From the NCBI GenBank assembly GCA_012295275.1, contig CM022679.1:11656001-11720000 (forward strand): a stretch of 64,000 bases of DNA. The letters run 5' to 3'. How positions within the stretch are numbered: position 1 is the first letter of the stretch; the number at the start of each line of letters is the position of its first letter. The DNA comes from Chrysomallon squamiferum (lineage: Eukaryota > Animalia > Mollusca). The translations under genes and the position numbers were made by a program. Positions 1-10,440 of the stretch are shown here, piece by piece. A model generated the notes under the pieces. It saw only the letters and a program-made list of their open reading frames with translations. It was not told the origin of the DNA and did not search any database.

Positions 1-859
1 GTAGTTTGAAATTCGGCAACAATATTTTTATATTTAAATATTTATGTGGCTTAAAGTATTTGACAATAATGTCTGTGACAATATAAAAATCAGTTGTTAT
101 GGATCAAACTTACACTACACTCACACTGCTCAAACTGACATTTTAATTTAATTACTTTTCATAAATATTTTTAATTCCTCAAAGTATCATATACAGGTTG
201 GCCACTTCAGAGAAAATGCAAATATAACCCAACAATTTGTAAATTTCCAATAGTTTAGTAACCAAAATTTGAAATGGCTGTGACAGTTTGCTATGTTATT
301 TAATTAGAAAGCAATTCGAAAATGATTTACTAGTGCGCGTACGAGTAAACTTGTGTTAAAGCCTTGACGCTGGTATTAATTTGTAATTATCAGCTTATCA
401 AAGAACTTAACATTATTATATCATTAACATAACTAGTTTAATCACGTAGTTTAGAACATATTTTAGAGTTTAGTAAACGATATTTGTATATAACAAGCAG
501 CATTAAAATACACTGGACCTTCCTCAGATTTTACTTTCACTAAAACATTTGGCAGCATTTCTTGCGCAAATCACCTAAAAAAAAAAAAAAGTGCCCAGAA
601 TAATTTGAATTTGTACTTGAAGTGTATAGAGTGACTTTAATTTGGTACATTTATATAATCAGGGAAAATTGATGCTGAGTTAGTTAAAAGTCAACAAATT
701 TTCTAATAGTAATTGGACGGCAACCATATGTGTGTGTGTGAAAGATGATACGCACAATTACAAAATTTTACAGATTGATGATTATGAAAATTAATCTTCA
801 TGTATTTGTATTTAGTAACAGATATTTTTCAATATACGTACATCTTGCCATGGTTTTAG

Positions 860-1020
860 AAATTAATCAGCAGAAACAAACGTGTCTGGGAGAAATCAGC
901 AGACCCATAATTATATGGTGGACGCCATACAATCGTGAAGAGGGAAGGTACAAAAACTGTAATAATGTTCAGTGTTTTTTCACTGTAAATAGGTCTTTTT
1001 GGAATCATTCCATGACAAAG
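860..1020 (+). CDS. FUT10/FUT11-like GT10 fucosyltransferase, first visible coding exon (upstream TM-encoding exon not located)
   Basis: ttttag|A acceptor at 859/860 and AAG|gtaagc donor at 1020/1021. Encodes (E)INQQKQTCLGEISRPIIIWWTPYNREEGRYKNCNNVQCFFTVNRSFWNHSMTK, with the PIIxWWTP and CFFTxNR motifs typical of FUT10/11. The 5' boundary is less certain than the 3'. Confidence 0.8.
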
Positions 1021-1296
1021 GTAAGCAAGATTACTTTATTAACTTCGACCTTTTTCTCATGTTAGTACATAGACATATCAATGTTTAAGTAACAGCAATA
1101 AAATACTATTACGTTTCAAATTAAAAATATATTTCTAAAAGTATTAAGGTGTTAAAATTAAGTAAATAAATAAAACAGATGGAAAAGTCAGTCTTTAACT
1201 TACCTTTGTAGTGGAATGCTATTAGCTAGTGCAAAGGTTTGTATTTTGTTTTTTAAATGTTTATCATTGTTTATAGCAGTGTGAAAATTTTTTCAG

Positions 1297-1706
1297 GCAT
1301 TTATGTTTTTTGGATCACAGTTTAAAGCCTCTGACCTGCCATTACCTCGGTCAAGTCATCACGACTGGGCTCTTCTTCATGAAGAATCTCCTAAAATTAA
1401 TTACATCTTTTCTTTTTCTGACATAATGACTCTGTTCAATCACACGAGTACATTCCGACGTGAATCTGATTATCCAATTACTACCCAGTATCTGTATAGT
1501 CTTGAGTGGTTAGAAGATACAAAGTATTTGGTGTCAACTGAATTAAAAAACAAATATCAAAAAGATTCAGGATTCTCTCCAATTATATATGTCCATTCAG
1601 ATTGTGATCAGCCTTCCGGTAGAGATAAATACACCAAGATACTGATGAAGTACATCAGAATTGACTCATATGGGAAATGTCTTCATAACAAAGACTTACC
1701 AAGTCA
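1297..1706 (+). CDS. FUT10/FUT11-like fucosyltransferase, coding exon
   Basis: tttcag|GCA acceptor (phase 0) and CA|gtaagt donor (phase 2). Encodes AFMFFGSQFKASDLPLPR...WALLHEESPKINY...FNHTSTFRRESDYPITTQYL...SDCDQPSGRDKY...IDSYGKCLHNKDLP, characteristic of FUT10/11. Confidence 0.95.
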
Positions 1707-2363
1707 GTAAGTTATTCTTAGAATTAGTTTAATGGTTAAACAGAGGATTATGATTTAACAAGTTTTCTCCATGTTATTCTTAAAATCATTATAGTGGCGA
1801 ATGAAAACAATAAAAAGTTTCTGTATTGTCTATGTTATAATTTACACAAGTAGTTGTTGTAATTCATCTTTTTGTTTTCTTTTTCTTCTTTTATTATTAT
1901 TATTATTATTATTACACTATTTTTAATATTTTTCTTTATTCCTTTATTATTATTAATGTTTTTCATAATTGTATATGCATGATCAAATTTACTGAAATAA
2001 AATTGTATTACCGGTTATTTCAATAACCAGAATATTTTAACGGCTTCTGTGGATTAAAAATCCATATCGAAGTTAGGTTTCTGACAATTAGTATTTATTA
2101 TTGGCTTATAAAGAGTTAACAATGAATAAATAAATAGACATTATTACATAAATGTAGATAATAACGAACATCTTCAGTCTAAAGTTTCTTTTTTTTTTTT
2201 TTTTTTTTTGTTTGTTTGTTTGTTTTGTTTTTTTTTTTTTTTTAATTCAATTTTGTCCTTTGATAATACATTGCTGAATTGCCACTGGACGTAATAATTA
2301 TACCTTATGTTAACAGAACAACACAGCTAGAATGGTTTATTAGTAAATTTTATTTAACTATAG

Positions 2364-2538
2364 TTTAAAAGAACCAGTAAAAGACATGGTCCATCCTGAT
2401 TTCATAGCACTGATTGGAAAGTATAAATTTGCCTTAGCAATGGAGAATGGACGTTGCACTGACTATATGACAGAAAAGTTATGGAGACCACTTGCGGCAG
2501 GTGCTGTCCCAATTGTTCTAGGTTCAGATACTGTCAAA
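2364..2538 (+). CDS. FUT10/FUT11-like fucosyltransferase, exon carrying the alpha-1,3-FucT motif
   Basis: tatag|T acceptor completes a CAT codon; AAA|gtaaga donor. Encodes [35 protein letters not shown], the GT10 signature motif. Confidence 0.95.
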
Positions 2539-2631
2539 GTAAGATACGTTTGGTGTTCAGATTTTGTTTATTTTAATGTATACGTAAAATAATACATCAA
2601 CCAGATAATTTATCATATTATTATTATTATT

Positions 2632-2667
<36 letters not shown>

Positions 2668-3155
2668 TTATTTATTTATTGTTTTGTTTTTTTAATTAAT
2701 TAATTAATTTATTTTTTATTTTATTATTATTATTTTTTAATCAATATATATGAATTATGGAGTATAAGTATTAACCTAATTTTTTTGAATAGATGATCCA
2801 GGGTATGCCCTGTTAAATTTGTGTTCCTCTTCCTGAAATCCTGCACATACTTCCGATTATGGATATTTGTATTTTGAGGAAATTAAAATGTTCGTGATCA
2901 TTAATTAAATTAAAATCTGATAATTTCGAGAAATGTTTTTTTTATTTTTATGTTTTGTGTGTATGTGTGTGTGTGTCATTGTTGTTATTGTCCTGTTTGA
3001 AAACTAAAGATAACAAGAAATTGAATACTTTTAAACTGAAGCTAATTAGTTTAAATATGCATCTCAGTGATTTTAAAATAAATGATAGTCATTTCTAATT
3101 CTTTTTTTTAATTCATGATTTTACAATTTCTTTCTTTCTTTCTTTTAAACTATAA

Positions 3156-3188
<33 letters not shown>

Positions 3189-3227
3189 TATTTATATATA
3201 CCTATAAACACTTTCTTTTCCCCTTAG

Positions 3228-3728
3228 GATTTCATGCCTTCAAACTATTCTGGTATTTATGTTGATGATTTCAAAAATGTGAAGGAATTAGCTGACTACC
3301 TGCATTACTTGAATAACAATGATGCTGAGTATGATAAATATCTCACCTGGAAGCATACTGGAGTCACAAATAAATTCCTTAAAAAGGTTTTGAAACAAAG
3401 AGAATGGTCAGTTGATATTGCAGACAATAATTATCCAAATTTGTTAAATTTTGTTGATGGATTTGAATGCTTTGTATGCAAGAGAATTCACAAAAACATC
3501 AATAATAAAAATACTCTAAAATATCAAGCCACACAAGAACACTATGGCTGTCCCAAGCCTGTCAAAATTGATGATAATGGTGTTCCAATTACAAACAGTT
3601 CATTTGTCGATTATGGATGGAATTATTTTCAAGATTTAGCAATAGCCACAAGAAAGCTTGTTTTGAAAAATGTTCCCTTTAATGAAGACGATCTGTCAGA
3701 AGAAGCTGGTGTTTATCCTTTCTTTTAG
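3228..3728 (+). CDS. FUT10/FUT11-like fucosyltransferase, last coding exon
   Basis: Polypyrimidine tract and ccttag|GAT acceptor (phase 0). Encodes DFMPSNYSGIYVDDFKNVKELADYLHYLNNNDAEYDKYLTWK...FVDGFECFVCKRIH...HYGCPKP; TAG at 3726-3728. Confidence 0.95.
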   Translation, partial: DFMPSNYSGIYVDDFKNVKELADYLHYLNNNDAEYDKYLTWKHTGVTNKFLKKVLKQREWSVDIADNNYPNLLNFVDGFECFVCKRIHKNINNKNTLKYQATQEHYGCPKPVKIDDNGVPITNSSFVDYGWNYFQDLAIATRKLVLKNVPFNEDDLSEEAGVYPFF

Positions 3729-4324
3729 TTTTGTTAATGTTCCAAAATGTATCAAGATAGACCGTTAGATTTCGGAATAAATGTTGCTAAATAACATGAC
3801 AGAATAATGATGTCTGTTGAGAGGTGTGAAGTGTCAATCAAATGGAGAAATAGAGTAAAACTCTATATACATAATTTGTTAAAGAAATTGTTTTGATGGT
3901 TTAGTAATTTTGTTATGTTTTTAAAATGTATTATTATTCTTTACCATAACAAAAAATGTCCAAAAAAAAAGAGAAGAATTTAAAAAATAAAAAATTTATA
4001 AATAAAATAGTTTGAAAAAGTTTTATTTGCTGAAAAATTTAATGTGTCACATCACTTTTTTGTTAGTAACTACTAAATGCTGAAGTAAAGCAAGAGTAAG
4101 AAGAAATTCCAAATGGATTTAATGAAATTGAAGAATTGGTAGACTATTGATGTTATTAGAGATAAACTAGTACAATTAAATGATTCGTATATCAGTTAGG
4201 GAGATGTTGACATTAATAATATAATTTACGGAAGTGTGCTTTAGTTTTTGTATGTAGCCATTTTGAAACAAAATAAATGTTTGGAAACTGAAATGAACTT
4301 TATGTTTTTAATGATAAACATAAC

Positions 4325-4513
4325 AACTATGTCAGCCCCAAATCTGTGAATATTGATGATAATGGTGTTCCAATTTCAAACAGTTCATTTGTTGATTATG
4401 GATGGAATTATTTTCAAAATATAGCAATAGCTACAAGAAAACTTGTTTTAATAAATGTTCCATTTAATAGGCAAAATTTGTCAGCCAAAACTGGTGTTAA
4501 TTTTCACTATTAG
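4325..4513 (+). pseudogene. Partial tandem duplicate of the 3' end of the FUT last exon (copy of 3540-3728)
   Basis: Collinear and indel-free at offset 785. NYVSPKSVNIDDNGVPISNSSFVDYGWNYFQNIAIATRKLVLINVPFNRQNLSAKTGVNFHY* versus HYGCPKPVKIDDNGVPITNSSFVDYGWNYFQDLAIATRKLVLKNVPFNEDDLSEEAGVYPFF*. No in-frame ATG; upstream TGA at 4289-4291. Confidence 0.85.
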
Positions 4514-5830
4514 CTTTTTAATCTTCCAAAATATTAAGACATAGAAGAATATCCAACCTTAGCCTAATGATGAATATGGTGAACCTCTTTTTCTCAGCAT
4601 TTGGCCTTGAACAGAGTAATACCTGTTGAATGACTTGAAGTAGTGATACAATTAAAACAAAGTAGAAACATATTTTGTATGCATTTTTTTATCATATATT
4701 ATATTTTAATTTACTTTAAAATTATTTTGGTTAATAGTTAAGATTATTATTAATTTCTCTACAAGAGTCACAAATATAATAATAATAATAATATGATTGA
4801 AATAAATATTATTAAAACAAAATGTTTTATAAAAGTTATCTGTCATGTTGAAATGTTCTGAGTCCTGAAAAGGTTAAATGCAGTGAATGAGCAAGAATGC
4901 GACTAGAAAACAAATTTAATTTTGATGCTACTGAAGTGTAATTAAAAGTTATTAAGTGACATTAGGTATTTTTTTGGGGGGGGGTTGTTTGATGTGTTTT
5001 TTTGGGTGTGTGTGTTTGCTTTCTTCAAAAAACTCATTTCTGTGTCCCTGTTAGATGAATGTCTTTCAAGTTATGACATCTTGCATAATTTTTATCTGAT
5101 TTTATCAAAAAATAATTAAACATGATTATCAATCAAAATTCAAAAATCATGTCCATGTCAGTGAAGTCTGAGTTCAGTTTCTCTGACAATCTGACAACTA
5201 GATATACTTATTCCCAGCTCTTCTCTGCAGTCTATGTTTCAGGTGTATTTTCAAGTGGGTGCAATATTTCACATGCCCCTAACAAGAAAACAAGTACAAC
5301 ACTTAAAATCACAACCAGGGTATTTTCCTGTAGTTTTTTGATTTGAGAATGACCAGTGTGTAAATAATGGCTGATGGTAAAATAAAAAGAGATAATTTTA
5401 GGTTAATGCATAACATTCCTAGAGTCACCCACTGGTTATTTTCAGGATAAGCCAAGACACCAAGACTACCATCTACAGAAGACTTGTTGCTGCTAACCAA
5501 TATGTGGGGAAATGGTCTTTGTTTCAAATACAATAATTTGTACAAAATATTCCCACCAAGTTGAAGTGTTGCAGTAGTTTGTATATATTTTACTACAGAA
5601 AAGGAAGTGGATATCAACAGCATTGATACACAAGTATTTGCAGTTTTAAATATTTGTCTGTCACTATGGACTATACATGTAAAAATCCATGTACAACCAG
5701 TTATTAACTGCATTGCTATTGTTAGTTGTTGTTTTATTTTTTTTTTTTTTTTTTTTTATTATAGTTGTTTTTTCTCAGTAAAATCCAGTACAAAAAACTG
5801 TTGTTGCAAACAAATTTTAGATTAAAAATT

Positions 5831-6030
5831 CACGTGTAAACTGATTTGTCATGAATGATACGTGAACAAAAATGTATTCTAATATCAATTATACTTCATA
5901 ATTAAAGTAATAAATTAAAGTAAATACACGAACAAAATTACCCGCAAAATATAAAGATCACGACTCTTATCCGGATCAAAGATATTTATTTATTTATTTA
6001 TTTATTTATTTTATTTATTTATTTTTTTAT

Positions 6031-6070
<40 letters not shown>

Positions 6071-6245
6071 AGATCTAAAAATATTGATGACTCAAAATGA
6101 TTAGTTTTTAAATAATATCAGCCTATTGGTTACTCCGGCTCTCGCTTAATTAACTTACAGGTTCCTAAAACGTTAAATAATTGAATGACGTCAGTGTTTT
6201 ATTGTATTGGAAAGATAAAGTATTTCTATTACTATTAAATGAGAG

Positions 6246-6281
<36 letters not shown>

Positions 6282-6882
6282 TAATAAGTTTTAGACATTT
6301 ATTTTAAAATTTAAATTAGCTAATCTACGTTTACATAGTACTGTTTTTCACTGGGGTAAAAAAAAAAAATTTCTATTAGCAACGGTGTACAAGGAATCCT
6401 AAAAATAATGTAAAGCTATAACTGAAGTTAGTAATGGAAACACCACGTTATATCTTCTGTGGAATAAAGATACCAACAACGAGTAAACTTTGACGGGAAA
6501 AGAAGTATGTTTTTAATCACCATTATTATTGTTCTTGTTAATTATTGATTTATTTTTAAAGTCAGTTAATATTTTCATTAGGGATAATTGTTTAATGCTT
6601 GTGTCTTTATTTCTTCTTCATTATCATCATCTTTTTCTTGTTGTTATCTAGAGTAATAAATATAGTAAACAATTTAAAATACACTTACTACACGTGATAA
6701 TAATTTAACGTGAAAAGTAGCATAACATAATTATGTAACGGAACACAATCACGTGACATGATTATTGGTAACAGCTGGTTTAATCATAGTAAATAAAATT
6801 GGACGACTGCTTTTTCTCTCAATTTTTCTCCCCGACATCTGCGTAAAAATCAAGTGAAACCGACAAGAAAGCGATCAGAAAT
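5831..6882 (+). promoter_or_regulatory. Probable promoter and non-coding first exon of the CYSTM1-like gene
   Basis: Local CpG retention. CACGTG at 5831 and 6691, TCACGTGAC at 6749-6757, TGACTCA at 6088-6094, TGACGTCA at 6186-6193, several ATTGG. A donor AT|gtaagc at 6882/6883 could splice to the acceptor at 9848/9849. Confidence 0.55.
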
Positions 6883-7061
6883 GTAAGCAGGTTTGTGTCA
6901 TTATCATTATTATTATTATTAACTATTTTTAAAGACGATAACAATTTATTCTAACCACTCCATGTAATAAGTCAAAGCATATATACAATATGTGTATACT
7001 CGCAAAGTTTGGTTACATATTTATCTTTTACGAAACATGCTTTAATTCGCCATTTAAATTC

Positions 7062-7116
<55 letters not shown>
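7062..7116. repeat. (AAT)n microsatellite
   Basis: Perfect AAT run; source of the poly-N in spurious ORF 6990-7205. Confidence 0.95.
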
Positions 7117-7117
<1 letters not shown>

Positions 7118-7243
7118 AGTAATAATCCAATACAAATGCTCATTTTGTTTAACCGTTAATCCAGTCCTGACTTTATCTGAAAGAAAAAAAAAGAAATGTT
7201 CATGAACTGTTCAGTATAGTTGGCTACTGTTATGTTATGGTAA

Positions 7244-7291
7244 ATACATATTTATTTATTTATTCATTCATTCACTGACATGGTACACAGT

Positions 7292-7334
<43 letters not shown>

Positions 7335-7701
7335 TATAAGCACATTAATACATAACCCTATTATACAATACATATATCGTTATTTAGTGTTGCCTGTGTT
7401 GATTCATTATTATTATTTTATTATTAATTAATTAATTAATTTATTTATTCTTTTTTTCTGCCTAATCTGGTAGTTAAAATAATTATACATATTTATTTAT
7501 TTATTCATTCATTCACTGACATGGTACACAGTGTTTATATATATATATGAATATAAGCACATTAATACATAACCCTATTATACAATACATATATCATTAT
7601 TTAGTGTTGCCTGTGTTGATTCATTATTATTATTTTATTATTAATTAATTAATTAATTTATTTATTATTTTTTTCCGCCTAATCTGGTAGTTAAAATAAT
7701 T
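7244..7701. repeat. Near-identical direct tandem duplication (units 7244-7484 and 7485-7701)
   Basis: Both units read atacatatttatttatttattcattcattcactgacatggtacacagtg...gcctaatctggtagttaaaataatt and differ mainly in (TA)n length. Confidence 0.95.
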
Positions 7702-9088
7702 ATACTCATTTCAGGTTCCTTGCTTAATAATTAATCTGCATGGTAACATGTTGTTAGTCTATTTGCATTTCATTAATTCCTTGTTATTTGCCAAATATTC
7801 ATTGTAATATTGTGACAGATGTTCCTTAAATTTAGCATGTATACAGATATACACAGGTAGGAATATATTTTTTCTTGGATATATAAATATATGCATCTAC
7901 ATGTATGTCACACAGATAAAAAATAAAAATGTAATAACTACTGCTACTAGTACAATTAATAATTTCACCACTTTAAGCTGAGAATAATAATTTCTTAATA
8001 AATATGTTATGTGATAAAATAATAGTTGATGATGATTAGGCTATCAACCAATCCAGGTGAATCTGAGCTTTAAAAATGTGGACTTCAAAATGAATTCTAA
8101 TGACATGCGGTGGTACAAGTTATTAGCAGCTTCTGAGATGAGCGGCCATCTATGATGGTTGGTAATTGTTTTTCAGTTGATATATCACTTTGATCACTGG
8201 ACCTTTACGTGGACGCTGACAGAATTTTAAAATTATTATATATTCCACTGATAAAGCAGACATTAATAATGTCATTCCATGTGAAGTCACCCGATGGGTT
8301 TAATTTACCATCTTCAATTTTGCTGAAATATGGCATCTGTTTTGGACTTGACATAACTAGCCCAAATCTCAAATGTTAGAGTAGTAATTTTGGGAATGTG
8401 GGCCATAAAATTCTGGCTTTTTGCCTTCAATATATAACAACTTTCCAGGTGTAATATTTTTAGTTTTGTAGCAAAATACACTTAAAGTAGACATACCTGT
8501 CCATAAAATGCCCATGTTGGAATCACAAGAGCTCACAACCTGCAGTCACCAGATGCATTCCTGCCAAACCGTTCAACCCATTTGGTATATAAATTTGATA
8601 AATCAGTCTTTCAACCTTTCCATTCATTTTTATGTTTGATAAATGGTGCTGCTGGCACAAGTCGGACCTCTGTTTGGGTTTCGAACGCAGTATTTTATAA
8701 AATATAAATACACCTTATGCTTATTGTATTTTTGCAATTCTGTTTTAAGAGAAAGCACCTGCAAAGTAGTAACACTTTTGTTCGGCCGCAGAGTGTGACC
8801 ACCCTACAAGACAGATACCACTGTTTTTGTTTTATTTTGACTGATTACAAGAGCTAATTAAGTGTAATTATGCGTTGTGTTAAATGAGTATTATCTGTAA
8901 CTAATCCTCTGATGGACTAACCCAAATAAAGCAGATGTGAATATTTAATAGCCAGAAAAATTGTTTAAAGTGTAGCCTTAAGAGTGATGTGTCAAATGGT
9001 CTAAAAATATTTCAAGGCTTGTAGAATGTGCTGTCTGTGATGCAACAAAACCAACAAAACCCCCAAAAAACTCATGGACTATTTAGAA

Positions 9089-9131
<43 letters not shown>

Positions 9132-9855
9132 TTTTTTTTTGATATACTAAAATGTATGCTTATCACAGTCCAAATAAATATTTTAACAACATTTTTTATA
9201 ATCCAAGTTATTATCTTTCGGGCAACCTATTATTGCAGATAAAATATGTCAATAAAATAATACCATTGCAAATCACTTTTCTCCCTTCACTGCTGGAGTC
9301 ATGATCGCATACCTACGTAGTGGACTCACAGAAACTGTACAGTAAATTGGTTCATTGTCTGCTCAATGATGTCACGATTGTAGTAAAATGCAACAAATAT
9401 ATATATATAAAAGAACAACGACAAAAACAACCCAACAATAGAAGAAAAAATCCCCCTAAATAAAACGAATACACCAACATCAAAAATACCAAATAATAAT
9501 GCTAAGAACCCCAAAACAGTTATTTTAATATAAATGTTCTACCTATGGGAAGATTCATGTAGAGGATTCTGTTAATTGATGAGCTGCCTGTGAAACAGTG
9601 TTTTGCTGTGGAATGCTGTGCTTTCTCTCTGTTATTAAATAAAAATGTAACTTACACCAAATGTATAATATTTAAATATATTGTAATGTCATTAAATATT
9701 AAATCAAATTCACTGATACACTAAAAGATAAGGAAGCCACAGTGGCAGTAAGTTTATGTCATATCAAACTAGCAACATTACTTGATAAAGATACAATTAT
9801 TGGTAATATATATATATTTTTAAATGCTTCAGACTTATTTCCTTTCAGATATAAT

Positions 9856-10174
9856 ATGAGTTATCCACAAGGTCCACCACCACAAGGTCCACCACCACAA
9901 GGTCCACCACCACAAGATCCACCACCACCAGGTCCACCACCACAAGGTCCACCACCACCATACTCCAACAACAGCAGTTTGAACCACAACCATATGGGCC
10001 ACAGCAGTTTGGGCCACAGCAGTTTGGGCCACAGCAGTTTGGACCACAGCAGTATGGGCCACAACAGTATGGGCCACAACAGTATGGGCCACAACAGTAT
10101 GATCCAAAAACTCCCATGAATTATCCACCAGGGCAACCCTACAATTATCAGTCAGCAGATTTGCAGAGAGCAAT
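9856..10174 (+). CDS. CYSTM1: CYSTM1-like protein, first coding exon (Pro/Gln/Gly/Tyr repeats), with an apparent 1-nt frameshift near 9965
   Basis: ctttcag| acceptor at 9848/9849 and ATG at 9856. MSYPQGPPPQGPPP...PPPPYS continues in the -1 frame as QQQQFEPQPYGPQQFGPQQ...YDPKTPMNYPPGQPYNYQSADLQRA, ending at AT|gtatgt (phase 2), which fits the next exon. Confidence 0.8.
9868..10103 (+). repeat. Two coding 15-bp tandem arrays (caaggtccaccacca; gggccacagcagttt/tat)
   Basis: Directly visible. They encode QGPPP and GPQQ(F/Y) pentapeptides and explain the stop-free antisense ORFs. Confidence 0.95.
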
Positions 10175-10334
10175 GTATGTAGCTTTCATTTATAATAATA
10201 ATAATAATTGTAATAAAAATTATAATAATAATAATTCCAACAATTGCAACAAGTAATAAACAATTAAATAAACACACACACACACACACACACACAGAGT
10301 TAAAAGCTAAAGTTTAATTTTTTTTTTTTTTAAG

Positions 10335-10440
10335 GCAAATGGAAAGAAACAGAGAAAGAGGAAATTCAGAACAGTGTTGGCTTATAGCTCTGCTTGCAGC
10401 AATGCTGTGTTGTTGCATACAAAGTGCTGATTTTGGATAA
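10335..10440 (+). CDS. CYSTM1: CYSTM1-like protein, last coding exon with the cysteine-rich transmembrane (CYSTM) module
   Basis: Poly-T tract and taag|G acceptor. Encodes (M)QMERNRERGNSEQCWLIALLAAMLCCCIQSADFG*: a hydrophobic helix, a CCC run and a short tail. AATAAA signals follow near 10903-10929. Confidence 0.88.

Noticed and set aside
745-859. ATG 745 as the FUT start codon
   Set aside because: The segment lacks a clean signal-anchor helix, is intron-like in composition and ends in a ttttag acceptor. An upstream exon is more likely, though not proven.
8030-8990. Possible non-autonomous DNA transposon in the CYSTM1 intron
   Set aside because: The composition is suggestive, but I could not establish convincing terminal inverted repeats or a target-site duplication.
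9950-9975. Programmed -1 ribosomal frameshift in CYSTM1
   Set aside because: There is no X XXY YYZ slippery heptamer at the switch point; a single missing base is more parsimonious.
9835-10173. Antisense ORFs resembling Cys-rich keratin-associated or metallothionein-like proteins (CCGPY repeats) and Trp/Val-rich proteins
   Set aside because: They are the reverse-complement shadow of the 15-bp QGPPP/GPQQY coding repeats. The sense strand has the splice sites and the CYSTM domain.
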